Positions 50,955 to 60,332 of a stretch of DNA of 64,000 bases are shown here, in pieces; position 1 is the first letter of the stretch; every line of letters begins with the position of its first letter. The stretch comes from a virus: the IMG/VR virus record IMGVR_UViG_3300032282_005588, positions 16,083 through 80,082 of that record; one strand, written 5' to 3'. The notes beneath the pieces are model-generated. The model saw only the letters and a program-made list of their open reading frames with translations, searched no databases and had not been told where the DNA came from. The translations under genes and the position numbers were made by a program.

Positions 50955-51296
50955 ATGAAAAATCAAGAAAGAAACGAGTTAATCACTCAAGCAACAAAAT
51001 TAGGAATAGCTAAAGCTTCCAATTTAAAAACAACAGCTCTTAGAGAAATGATTGCTGAAAAATTAGGTGTAAATTCTAAAGAACCAAAACCGGAAACACG
51101 TGGACGTAAAGTTGATCCGAATTCAGCTCGTCAAGCCCGTTTAACAGCAGGTCCAAAACAACGTGGTAGAAAACCAAATGCTGAATCAGCTCGTCAAGCC
51201 CGTTTAAGTCGTTGGGATGAAATGAAATCAAATGGAATTGAAGTTAAAAGAGGTCGTCCTGTAGGAACTAAAAAACAAGAAGAGGTTACCAAGTAA
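50955..51296 (+). CDS. Basic AT-hook-like DNA-binding protein
   Basis: RGRKV, RGRKP, KRGRP and a duplicated SARQARL. Confidence 0.7.
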   Translation: MKNQERNELITQATKLGIAKASNLKTTALREMIAEKLGVNSKEPKPETRGRKVDPNSARQARLTAGPKQRGRKPNAESARQARLSRWDEMKSNGIEVKRGRPVGTKKQEEVTK

Positions 51297-51306
51297 CCTT
51301 TTCTTT
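51282..51306 (+). terminator. Terminator hairpin
   Basis: AGGTTAC-caa-GTAACCT followed by a T-run. Confidence 0.55.
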
Positions 51307-51348
51307 AAATTTGGCTTATTAAAATAATTTCCGTATATTAACACCGTA

Positions 51349-52008
51349 ATGAAAATAATAGAAAAACCATTATCAGATAAACATAGTTGGTTGCTTAGAA
51401 AAGCATATGATGATATTCCATCTGAATTTGTTCCTGTAATTAAAGGTACACGTGTATTACCTATTAATTATATTGATTCTCCTAATGTTTTTTTCGAATT
51501 ACGAAATCGTTGGGAGCCAGGACAAAATGATTTATTTCCTGATGGTGGTTATGAGGTAGTAGATGTTAATGGGGGTGTACATAATTGTTTTTTAGATCAG
51601 GTGATAACTCACCCCCAAACGTTAGGTATGCGTAATTTTAAATTCGGTGAAACAAATGAATTAAAACCGGTTAAAATTAAGGTAATCAGAGATGGTAAAC
51701 GTGGTCGTAAACCATTAGATCCTGAAGTTAAAGCGCTTAGAGACGCTGAAATAGCTAAGCGCAAAGGTGGATCAAGAGGCCGTAAACCATTAGATCCTGA
51801 AATTAAAGCACAACGTGATATTGAATCAGCTAAACGTAAAGGTGGTAAGCGCGGTCGCAAACCATTAGATCCCGAAGTTAAAGCATTAAGGGATGCAGAA
51901 ACACTTAAACGTAAAGGTGGAAAACGAGGCCGTAAACCTAAAAAATCAACACCTAAATCACAATATATACCAACAGGTGGTAAACGTGGTAGACCTAAAA
52001 AGAAATAA
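51349..52008 (+). CDS. Protein with repeated AT-hook-like motifs (RGRKPLDPE x3, GKRGRP)
   Basis: Three 24-aa repeats. Confidence 0.75.
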   Translation: MKIIEKPLSDKHSWLLRKAYDDIPSEFVPVIKGTRVLPINYIDSPNVFFELRNRWEPGQNDLFPDGGYEVVDVNGGVHNCFLDQVITHPQTLGMRNFKFGETNELKPVKIKVIRDGKRGRKPLDPEVKALRDAEIAKRKGGSRGRKPLDPEIKAQRDIESAKRKGGKRGRKPLDPEVKALRDAETLKRKGGKRGRKPKKSTPKSQYIPTGGKRGRPKKK

Positions 52009-52035
52009 AATTGTGGGGTAGAGCAGTGGTAGCTC

Positions 52036-52297
52036 GGTTGAGTGTAAAAAATCGTTTTAATGTTTTTTACACTTTGTTATAAGTATGTAAAACAAAAATT
52101 ATACAATATGAAAGAAAAAATTGAAAATAGGTTAAAAGAGTTATATGATGAATACAAACATGTAACTGATAAAGATAGAGTTTGGATTAAACAAACAGGT
52201 GGTTTAACAAGAAGAGAACGAATTGAAAAATGTAAAATTCTAATAGAAGAGTTAGAAACATTATTAAATTCATAATTTTTGTTTTATTACTTATAAC
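52036..52297. mobile_element. Solo hairpin-first cassette inserted in the tRNA gene
   Basis: GGTTG-AGTGTAAAAAA-tcgttttaatg-TTTTTTACACT-TT-GTTAT-arm-gene-arm'-ATAAC. Confidence 0.85.
52108..52275 (+). CDS. Cassette-borne small helical protein (55 aa)
   Basis: MKEKIENRLKELYDEY... Confidence 0.65.
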   Translation: MKEKIENRLKELYDEYKHVTDKDRVWIKQTGGLTRRERIEKCKILIEELETLLNS

Positions 52298-52361
52298 GTT
52301 AGGCTCATAACCTAAAGGTCAGTGCGTTCGAATTTACTCCCCGCAACTAAATTAAATAAAT

Positions 52362-52571
52362 ATGTCTAAATTAAATTGTACCGCAAAACAAGCATTTTGG
52401 AATGCTCGTAAAAAAGATGGTGATGTTCAAACCATCTCAGAAGTAACAGGATACTCTGTATCTCATGTTTCAAACATTATTAGTGGAAGACGTAGAAACA
52501 ATGATATTATTGCTGATGCAATGTATAAAGTTTCACGTCGCCGAATTAAGAATTCAGAGCGAGTTCGATAG
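52362..52571 (+). CDS. Helix-turn-helix protein (Cro/XRE-like)
   Basis: VQTISEVTGYSVSHVSNIISGRR. Confidence 0.7.
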   Translation: MSKLNCTAKQAFWNARKKDGDVQTISEVTGYSVSHVSNIISGRRRNNDIIADAMYKVSRRRIKNSERVR

Positions 52572-52730
52572 TCCATTAGTAATTAACACGCTATAGAGCG
52601 TTGGTGATTAGTACCCTAACATAAACCTTTAGGGCGTTAATTACTAACGCTCTATATTTTTTCCGACTATTTATGTGGCCCATCGAATATTGTTTCATAC
52701 ATTAACATCATAATAAGAAATAATAATAAA

Positions 52731-53591
52731 ATGAAAATAATTAAATCAACCGAACCTAAAAAACGTGGTCGTAAATCTAAAGTAAGCGTTATTAAACCGT
52801 TTAATGCAGAACCTAAAAAACGTGGTCGTAAATCTAAAGTAAGCGTTATTAAACCGTTTAATGCAGCAGATATTAAATTGTTTCGTGGTAGTGATCTTAA
52901 ATTTAATGATTCATTATTTAAATCAATTCGTACTAATAGAGAGTTAGATGTTATATTGTCAACTGAAGGTGGTTTAATGCCTGGAACAAATATGATTATG
53001 GTTGGTGGTCCTGGATCTGGTAAATCAACTGTTGTGTTAGATATGTTAGCTGATTTTACACGTAAAGGTTTTAAATGTTTATTTGTTAGTGGAGAGATGG
53101 ATGAAATAGCTCATTACAAATATTGTAAACGATTACCTAAATTTTCTATTGTACAAACATTGTTTTTAAAGAACTATGCTTCGAATGTTATGGAAACGCT
53201 TGAACATGTTTTTAGTCAAGGTTATGATGTTATAGCAATTGATAGTATAGCTGAAGTAATTGAAATGCTTAGAGATAATTGTAAGTTAACTGAATCAGCA
53301 TCAGAAAGTTGGTTTTTAGGTTTACAAGATAGAATGAAAAAAGGTGAAAATAAAAATAAATATTACACTTCATTCATCAATATTCAACAAGTAACTAAGC
53401 AAGGTGATTTTGTAGGTAGCAATAGATTGAAACATATGACTGATGCTATGGCTCATATTGAGCGTTCTAAAGATGGTTTACAACGCAGTATACATTTCAG
53501 TAAGAATAGAGATTGTGATAAAGATTTTAAAATGTATTTTACAATATCTAAAGATTCAGTGTATTACAGTTATGAAACAGTATCAGAATAA
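52731..53591 (+). CDS. RecA-superfamily ATPase (RadA/Sms-like) with a duplicated basic N-terminal repeat
   Basis: ELD.IL..GG..PG, GGPGSGKST, FVSGE, IDSI, QVTK.GDFVG...LKHMTDA, SKNR. Confidence 0.8.
   Translation: MKIIKSTEPKKRGRKSKVSVIKPFNAEPKKRGRKSKVSVIKPFNAADIKLFRGSDLKFNDSLFKSIRTNRELDVILSTEGGLMPGTNMIMVGGPGSGKSTVVLDMLADFTRKGFKCLFVSGEMDEIAHYKYCKRLPKFSIVQTLFLKNYASNVMETLEHVFSQGYDVIAIDSIAEVIEMLRDNCKLTESASESWFLGLQDRMKKGENKNKYYTSFINIQQVTKQGDFVGSNRLKHMTDAMAHIERSKDGLQRSIHFSKNRDCDKDFKMYFTISKDSVYYSYETVSE
52752..52865 (+). repeat. Exact 57-bp tandem duplication encoding EPKKRGRKSKVSVIKPFNA
   Basis: Directly visible. Confidence 0.9.
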
Positions 53592-53643
53592 ATTTGGAAA
53601 ATTAAATTAATTAACGTACATTAACATTATAAAATAAAAAGTT

Positions 53644-54429
53644 ATGAGAAAAAATATAAATATAATTCCATTAAATAATGATATTAATAAACTACAAGCG
53701 TTTATCCCATCATTGAATCGTGAATGGAGAGATTCACAACGCATTAAATCAAAACCGGTTATGATTGAAACGATTGATGCTGTTAAGTATTTTCAAAATG
53801 AAGGATGGAATATAGCTGGTGCATATGAACAACGCTCTAAGAATCGTAAAATTGATTCACATTTTATTAGAATGGAACACCCAGATTTTAATATTAAAAA
53901 TAATAAAGGTAAAATAGATGCTGTTGCAACTATGAATCTAAGAAATAGTTGTAATGGAAATAAACCATTGGATGTTGATTTAGGTGTATTCCGACAAGTA
54001 TGTTCTAATAGATTATGGGCTAATACATCATATTCAAATCAAACAATTAGCCATTCAAATAGTGGTTATAGTGAATTATATAATATTTTAGGTAAATTAA
54101 ATATTTATACCCAATCTATATTAGATGAATTTAAAGATTTAAAACAACGAAAATTAACACCTCGTGAAATGATGCAATTATCTATTAAAGCAGCTGAATT
54201 AAGATTTGATGATAAACGTGAAGTAAAACATTATGCTAATCAATTACTTAATGTAGTAAGAGATGAAGATCAAGGAAATGATTTATATACAGTATATAAT
54301 AGGATTCAGGAAAATTTAACACAATCAGATCGTATGATTGATATGAATGGTAATATAATTGGTGGTGTAGATAATATGTTTGATGATGTGAGATTAAATA
54401 AAGAATTATTTGAATTAGTAACTATTTAA
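53644..54429 (+). CDS. DUF932/DUF945 family protein (second paralog)
   Basis: NSCNG, GVFRQVCSN, R.EDQGNDLYTVYNRIQENL. Confidence 0.75.
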   Translation: MRKNINIIPLNNDINKLQAFIPSLNREWRDSQRIKSKPVMIETIDAVKYFQNEGWNIAGAYEQRSKNRKIDSHFIRMEHPDFNIKNNKGKIDAVATMNLRNSCNGNKPLDVDLGVFRQVCSNRLWANTSYSNQTISHSNSGYSELYNILGKLNIYTQSILDEFKDLKQRKLTPREMMQLSIKAAELRFDDKREVKHYANQLLNVVRDEDQGNDLYTVYNRIQENLTQSDRMIDMNGNIIGGVDNMFDDVRLNKELFELVTI

Positions 54430-54441
54430 TATATTATAATT

Positions 54442-54543
54442 ATGAACAATCAAGAATTAAAAGAAGAAATTATATATGGAACTGGTATTTTGATTTTATT
54501 ATTTGGATTATTATGGTGTGTATTATGGTTGGGTTGTAACTAA
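54442..54543 (+). CDS. Small membrane peptide (33 aa)
   Basis: MNNQELKEEIIYGTGILILLFGLLWCVLWLGCN. Confidence 0.45.
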   Translation: MNNQELKEEIIYGTGILILLFGLLWCVLWLGCN

Positions 54544-54883
54544 CCCTTCCATATATACGTACGTATATATATCGAAATACCTACGATATAATTATATAAT
54601 ATCCCCACGGTAATTGATGTCGCTATACGGCGGGGTATGGTATAAAAGGGGGTTAGATTAACCTGCAGATCGAATACGATCTTACACCATCGATTTATAT
54701 ATACATATATACCCATAACAAATACATGAATATCTAAAATTCGAACCCAACCATGTATCATCGATGAATATATACATATATACCCCCACAACGCATTGCG
54801 GTTTCCAAAAATGCCAATTTTTTAAAAACATATGATTCTACAAATCTCTCTTTTAAATAAACTTCAAATTTTAAATAAATAAT

Positions 54884-55549
54884 ATGAAAAATATATATAT
54901 ATTACCAATAAATAAACCAAGTAGGTTACATTTAGGAAATTCAGGTTTAGTCTTATGTGATTTGAATTTTAATCCAACTACTATAAATCCTCAACACATC
55001 TACATCACTAATTCAGAAGAAATTAAAGAAGGAATTAATCAATGGTATTTAGATAAATTTATAAATAAACCAAGAAATTCAAGTGGTTCTCAATATGGAG
55101 AAAAGCAAGATGTAATCATCCTAACAACAGACCAAGACTTAATCAAAGATGGAGTTCAGAGTATTGATGATGAGTTTTTAGAATGGTTTGTGAAAAATCC
55201 AAGTTGTGAAGAAGTTGATATTTATAAAGATAAAAGACTTGAAATAGAACAAGATTTTGAGTTTTATGAAATAATCATTCCAAAAGAAGAACCTAAACAA
55301 GAAACTCTTGAAGAAGCTGTTATGTCGTATCTTAACAGAACCTATTCACTTTCTTACGAAAGAACTACTGTGAAAAAATTTCATGAAAAAACATTTTCAG
55401 CAGGTGCTAAATGGCAAGAAAAACAATTAATACTTTCAGATGAAGAAATAACAAAAATTGCGTATGATTATGTACTATATAATGATATTAAAAGACAATG
55501 GGTTATAGAAGGAATGAAACTTTATCGTGAACAATTTAAAAAGAAATAA
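54884..55549 (+). CDS. Hypothetical protein, modular ETLEEA/GAKWQ/EQFKKK family
   Basis: Shares motifs with neighbouring genes. Confidence 0.7.
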   Translation: MKNIYILPINKPSRLHLGNSGLVLCDLNFNPTTINPQHIYITNSEEIKEGINQWYLDKFINKPRNSSGSQYGEKQDVIILTTDQDLIKDGVQSIDDEFLEWFVKNPSCEEVDIYKDKRLEIEQDFEFYEIIIPKEEPKQETLEEAVMSYLNRTYSLSYERTTVKKFHEKTFSAGAKWQEKQLILSDEEITKIAYDYVLYNDIKRQWVIEGMKLYREQFKKK

Positions 55550-55550
55550 T

Positions 55551-55769
55551 ATGGACTGGATAAAATTAGAAACCGAAACCCCTAAGATTGGGCAAACTGT
55601 TTTTTCTTGGGGCAAACAAGGAATGAGAATTTGTATTTACACAAATGAAATTGGGTTTTTTGGTAAGCCTAAAAAAGATGCAAAATTTTGTAACCTAATG
55701 AGTAAATGGAGAATTATTGATGAGGATGTTACCCATTGGATGCCATTACCTAAACCCCCAACAGAATGA
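55551..55769 (+). CDS. DUF551-like protein
   Basis: MDWI....P ... VTHWMPLPKPP. Confidence 0.7.
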   Translation: MDWIKLETETPKIGQTVFSWGKQGMRICIYTNEIGFFGKPKKDAKFCNLMSKWRIIDEDVTHWMPLPKPPTE

Positions 55770-56140
55770 AAAATACAATTACAAAAACAGTTGATTCAAT
55801 AAGGATTGACATTGATAACATGATTGAAGACTTAAGGCAAGAACGAGATGCTTGGCGTGATAGATTCAATGAAGTTGATAAATTAAGGTTGAAAGAACTT
55901 TACACTATATCCAAAAAACTAAGTCGGCTCTCGAATACACTACAAAAGGAGAAAATCAAAAAAGGATTTGTGACTAAAAACGATTGTAAAGATGGTTTTA
56001 TTGCAGGTGCTAAATGGCAACAAGAAAGAATGTATAGTAAAGAAGATTTAAAAGAAATTTGTGATAAATATCATAACCAAATGTGTTTATATGGTAATGC
56101 AAAAGCGCAAGAATGGTTTGAACAATTTAAAAAGAAATAA
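55766..56140 (+). CDS. Hypothetical protein, modular family
   Basis: FIAGAKWQQERMYS...WFEQFKKK. Confidence 0.65.
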   Translation: MKNTITKTVDSIRIDIDNMIEDLRQERDAWRDRFNEVDKLRLKELYTISKKLSRLSNTLQKEKIKKGFVTKNDCKDGFIAGAKWQQERMYSKEDLKEICDKYHNQMCLYGNAKAQEWFEQFKKK

Positions 56141-56141
56141 G

Positions 56142-56471
56142 ATGAAACAAGAGCAGAACAATATTACAATCAAATATATGGAAAATAGAAAAACATCAAT
56201 GCAAGAATTATTTGATAATTTAGAAACACTTGAAGAAGCTATTGAAAAATATGCAGAAATTTATAGATGCCCTGCAACAAATACAGATGAATATTGTAAA
56301 CACGACATTATATCAGCAATAAACTTTGGTGCTAAATGGAGACAACAGAATAGTTATAGTGAGGAAGATATTGAAAATATTTGGAATGAGTTTGTAAAAG
56401 AATTACCTCCAATAAACAATGGAGCATCTTCTGATTTTTTAGTTTATTTAAAACAATTTAAAAACAAATAA
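56142..56471 (+). CDS. Hypothetical protein, modular family
   Basis: ETLEEA, GAKWRQ..SYSEED, KQFKNK. Confidence 0.65.
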   Translation: MKQEQNNITIKYMENRKTSMQELFDNLETLEEAIEKYAEIYRCPATNTDEYCKHDIISAINFGAKWRQQNSYSEEDIENIWNEFVKELPPINNGASSDFLVYLKQFKNK

Positions 56472-56476
56472 GACTT

Positions 56477-56695
56477 ATGGAACAGATAAAACAAACAGCA
56501 GTAGAATGGCTTTTGAATGAATTAATATCATGTAATGAATTAATTTTAAAGGGGGAAAATTATAAACTTATGAAACAAGCTAAATCAATAGAAAAAGAAC
56601 AAATATTAAATGCTTGGTGTGATGGTTTAGATAAAGTAAATCCTTTACAAAAAATAGCAGCAGAAAAATATTATAATAAAACATATAATAAATAA
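56477..56695 (+). CDS. Hypothetical protein
   Basis: KQTAVEWL...AK.IEKEQI..AW...YYNKTY. Confidence 0.65.
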   Translation: MEQIKQTAVEWLLNELISCNELILKGENYKLMKQAKSIEKEQILNAWCDGLDKVNPLQKIAAEKYYNKTYNK

Positions 56696-56860
56696 AATTC
56701 TTATTCTTATTATTCAAGATATGTAGGGTGTTAATTACTAATGTCCTACATTTTTGTTGAAAGTTAGTACGTTAATTATTAACGCTCTATAAAAGCTGTG
56801 AAGAATTGTTTGGAAATGTGGAATATGTTTCATACATTAACATCATAATAAGAAAATAAA

Positions 56861-57939
56861 ATGAATATTCAAAAAGTACAAAAAGCAGTAGATTTGCAAA
56901 ATAAAGCAAATCACCAAATCGATGTTTATGGTCAGTGTTCTGAAGATGTGATGGATGAGCTTATTGAGATTACTGATTCATTTACAGCAGAAGAAGATAG
57001 TAAGTTTATTGAGTTAATGTATCAAACCCGATAATTTATTAAAAAAATGAACATAACATATAAAGAAACCTTTACAACTACAAGATGTTTAGTTGAAACC
57101 GAAGTTGGAGAATTTATAGTAACACATAGTACTGATTATATGGATCCGTTTATGAATGATTGGATTGTTGAAGATGAAGATGGTGAGCAAGTTAATGATC
57201 AGTTTGCTTATGATATTATTCAATTTGTTAAAAATTCAAAATAATTAGTTATGAGTAAAAATAATATGTTAAAATCAACACTAAATAAAGGATTTTCTTT
57301 AACCTTTGAAAATGGAATTACCATTTCAGTTCAATTTGGTAGTAGTAATTACTGTGAAAGAAAAAATTTACATTCACATTATGGTTCTGAGATGTTAAAT
57401 GATATTATTGAATCTTCAGATGCTGAAATAGCTATTTGGGATGAAGATGACAATTGGTTTAATTTTGGGTCAGATACGGTAAAAGGTTATTGTACAACAA
57501 ATGAAGTAGCTAAGTGGATTTATATAGTATCTACTAGTAATAATATTGATGAAATTCACTATAGTAATTTACCCGAATAATTTATTAATATCAAATAATA
57601 TGCCTTTATTACAAATAATTGAAATTAAAATATATAGAGAAAGTTATGAATGATAATAAATCAAAAAGAGGAAGACCTCCTGCTGTTAAAAATTTAGATG
57701 TTAATTTAAATATTTTTAATCGAGTTTATAGTAATAATGATGGTAGTGTTGAAACTTGGAAATACGATTTATTAATAACTAAAAATGGTCCTATTGAAGT
57801 TGATATTACTTACCCCAAGGGATTTAAATCTATGGATGAAATTCAAGATGAACTTCCAAAAACAAAGAGAAAGTACTTCTATGAAGATGGGGCTAAATGG
57901 ATTAATTATACTAGAGCTAAAGGATTAGGAATAATATGA
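56861..57939 (+). other. Small early genes: 56861-57034, 57047-57244, 57251-57580, 57646-57939 (the last has a KRGRPP AT-hook)
   Basis: Co-directional ORFs behind an early promoter. Confidence 0.6.
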
Positions 57940-58352
57940 TATTAAATTATAAAACACAATTAAATTCCTTAAACAGGACCCAATTAAGAAAAATAACTAA
58001 ATTATCATTGGATTGGTGTTTTATTAATATTAAACCTACTGTTTATAAAACATCACCCGAATTTAGAATTTCTAAAAAGGAAAGTGATTGTTATGGGGAA
58101 TATTTAAGGTTTGAAGAAAATAAAAAACATTTTATAACATTATATCCTAATGAATGTAAAATATTAGCTAGATTTATTTCTACTATTATTCATGAATATA
58201 TACATAGTACTCAAAAATTACTTGAAAGAGACTATGATTCCTATAATTTTAAATATGGTTCATGGGAAAATCCATTTGAAGTTGAATCCAGAAATTTGGA
58301 AAAAGAATATCGTAAACAATTATTAGAATACATTTTAAATATAATACATTAA
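57936..58352 (+). CDS. Putative zinc metallopeptidase-like protein
   Basis: TIIHEYIHS.Q ... NPFEVE. Confidence 0.65.
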   Translation: MILNYKTQLNSLNRTQLRKITKLSLDWCFINIKPTVYKTSPEFRISKKESDCYGEYLRFEENKKHFITLYPNECKILARFISTIIHEYIHSTQKLLERDYDSYNFKYGSWENPFEVESRNLEKEYRKQLLEYILNIIH

Positions 58353-58462
58353 TACATATTAACTTTTAGCGCATTAATAATTAACGCTCTATAAAAGCTG
58401 TAGAGAATTGCTTGGAAATGTGGAATATGTTTCATACATTAACATCATAATAAGAAAATAAA

Positions 58463-58681
58463 ATGACTAAGTTAATTAAAAAATCAGAAACACCTCGCAT
58501 AAAGTATTTTGTAGGTGATCAAGTTGAATGGAGTAAAATATTCCACGATGGTAGATCATATGAATCTATTACCTTTTCCGGTGAAGTTATTAAAGTATGT
58601 CCTGTAAATTTACATGTTAAGGATAGTAAAGGAAACATCTATTCTGTAAACAGAGAAACAGAAGCCCGTAAAATTAAATAA
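58463..58681 (+). CDS. Small SH3/KOW-like early protein
   Basis: VGDQVEW...GEVIKV. Has its own promoter. Confidence 0.55.
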   Translation: MTKLIKKSETPRIKYFVGDQVEWSKIFHDGRSYESITFSGEVIKVCPVNLHVKDSKGNIYSVNRETEARKIK

Positions 58682-58785
58682 AACCTTTAGAGTGTTAATT
58701 ACTAACGCTCTATAAGAGTTATGAAGAATTGTTTGGCTTTACATGATTCATTACATACATTAACATCATAATAAGAAATAATAAT

Positions 58786-59631
58786 ATGAATACAATTGAA
58801 TTAACTCCATCGGAATTTGAACTTATCAAATTAAAACGTGAACAAGAAGATTTACTTGAAAAGCAATTAAAAATTAAAAAAGAAATTGCTCTTGAAAAAG
58901 AAATAATTGAAAAAGAAGCCATTATTAGTAAATACCAAGAAAAAGACAGTCAACAAATAAAAGCAACTAACTTTTTTGCAGAAAAGTTAGGTAAAAATTA
59001 TGAAATAATTCTTCGTAAATATGACCAACAAATGGTTATAGAGGGTGATTATATTAATAAATTAAATCCAAGTGAAGAGAATTATAAAAGACATATTATT
59101 TGGATAAAAACATTTGAACGAATATCAGCTAAAATTAAATATGATAATTATCATATAGATGTAGTAGAATTTATTACATATGGTAAATATGGAAAATTGA
59201 AGGAAAATAAAGGGTATAGAATGTATGTTTCAGGACCAGGAATTTCTTCTAATAGAAGAAGTTATATTAATATTAAAAAAATAAGTGATTTAATTGAGAA
59301 TGCTATTAATAAAATAAATAATGAAAAGCAATTAGAAGAAAAAAAGAAAGGAGCTTTACAGATTACAGTAGATAAAATGAAAACATTATATCCTAATGCA
59401 AATATTATTACGGGTTATGATTATGAAAGAAATAATTATATGAAAAGGGCTTTTGGGGATCGTTATGATACTGTTGCTATTTGTTTTGAAAATGGTTCAT
59501 CTATAAAATATAGAGTATACTCAGATGCCTCTTTAGGAAGATTAAGTATTAATTTTCCTAGTAATATAAACGATAGTTGGTCTTTAATGGAATTACTATC
59601 TCAAATAAACTTTACTTTAATAACTAATTAA
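58786..59631 (+). CDS. Hypothetical early protein with a coiled-coil N-terminus
   Basis: 281 aa with its own promoter. Confidence 0.65.
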   Translation: MNTIELTPSEFELIKLKREQEDLLEKQLKIKKEIALEKEIIEKEAIISKYQEKDSQQIKATNFFAEKLGKNYEIILRKYDQQMVIEGDYINKLNPSEENYKRHIIWIKTFERISAKIKYDNYHIDVVEFITYGKYGKLKENKGYRMYVSGPGISSNRRSYINIKKISDLIENAINKINNEKQLEEKKKGALQITVDKMKTLYPNANIITGYDYERNNYMKRAFGDRYDTVAICFENGSSIKYRVYSDASLGRLSINFPSNINDSWSLMELLSQINFTLITN

Positions 59632-59643
59632 AATAATTATAAA

Positions 59644-60318
59644 ATGAAAACTTGGTTAATTTCAGACACCCATATGCAACATGATACATTAAACTTACCA
59701 AATAATGTAGATTGTGTTGTACATGCTGGTGATAGTACAAATTATAAAGATTTATTACGCAATCAGCAAGAATTTGAACTGTTTTTAATATGGTATGCAA
59801 ACTTACCAATTAAACATAAAATACTTATTGCAGGTAATCATGACTGTTGGGCTATAAAAAAGTACAATATTGACAAAGTTAAAGATCATGGTATAATATA
59901 CTTAGAACATGAATATTTTGAACTTGAAGGAAGATTAATATTTGGTAGTCCTTATACACCTACTTTTCATGATTGGCATTTTATGAAAGATAGAAATAAA
60001 TTATCAAAATATTGGGAAGCATTAATTGAAGGAATAGATTTGCTTATTACACATGGTCCACCAAAAGGAATATTAGATTTAAGTCATGATAAAAAACATA
60101 AATTAGAATTTTGTGGTGATAGTGCTTTAAGAAAAGCTGTTTTTAAAAATCAACCTAAAGTTCACCAGTTTGGTCATATTCATAACAGTAAAGATTGTTA
60201 TAATTCAGGTCAATTAAAACTTTCAATATTACCAACTTTATTTGTTAATGCTTCATGTGTAAGTGATGGTGAATTCGATAAAGGTTGCTCAAGTCATGGT
60301 CAAATAATAGAAATTTAA
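59644..60318 (+). CDS. Calcineurin-like metallophosphoesterase
   Basis: SDTH, HAGD, GNHD, THGPP, FGHIH. Confidence 0.9.
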   Translation: MKTWLISDTHMQHDTLNLPNNVDCVVHAGDSTNYKDLLRNQQEFELFLIWYANLPIKHKILIAGNHDCWAIKKYNIDKVKDHGIIYLEHEYFELEGRLIFGSPYTPTFHDWHFMKDRNKLSKYWEALIEGIDLLITHGPPKGILDLSHDKKHKLEFCGDSALRKAVFKNQPKVHQFGHIHNSKDCYNSGQLKLSILPTLFVNASCVSDGEFDKGCSSHGQIIEI

Positions 60319-60332
60319 AACAAATTAATAAA

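Larger units (their letters stand above)
52012..52346 (+). tRNA. tRNA(CAT) (Met or Ile2) interrupted by a 262-bp cassette. Halves are 52012-52035 and 52298-52346
   Basis: Rejoined: TGTGGGG-TA-GAGC-AGTGGTA-GCTC-G-TTAGG-CTCATAA-CCTAA-AGGTC-AGTGCG-TTCGAAT-TTACT-CCCCGCA-A. The T-stem is imperfect. Confidence 0.85.

Noticed and set aside
52036-52297. Self-splicing or archaeal-type tRNA intron
   Set aside because: No group I/II or bulge-helix-bulge features were seen, and the insert matches the DNA cassette architecture.
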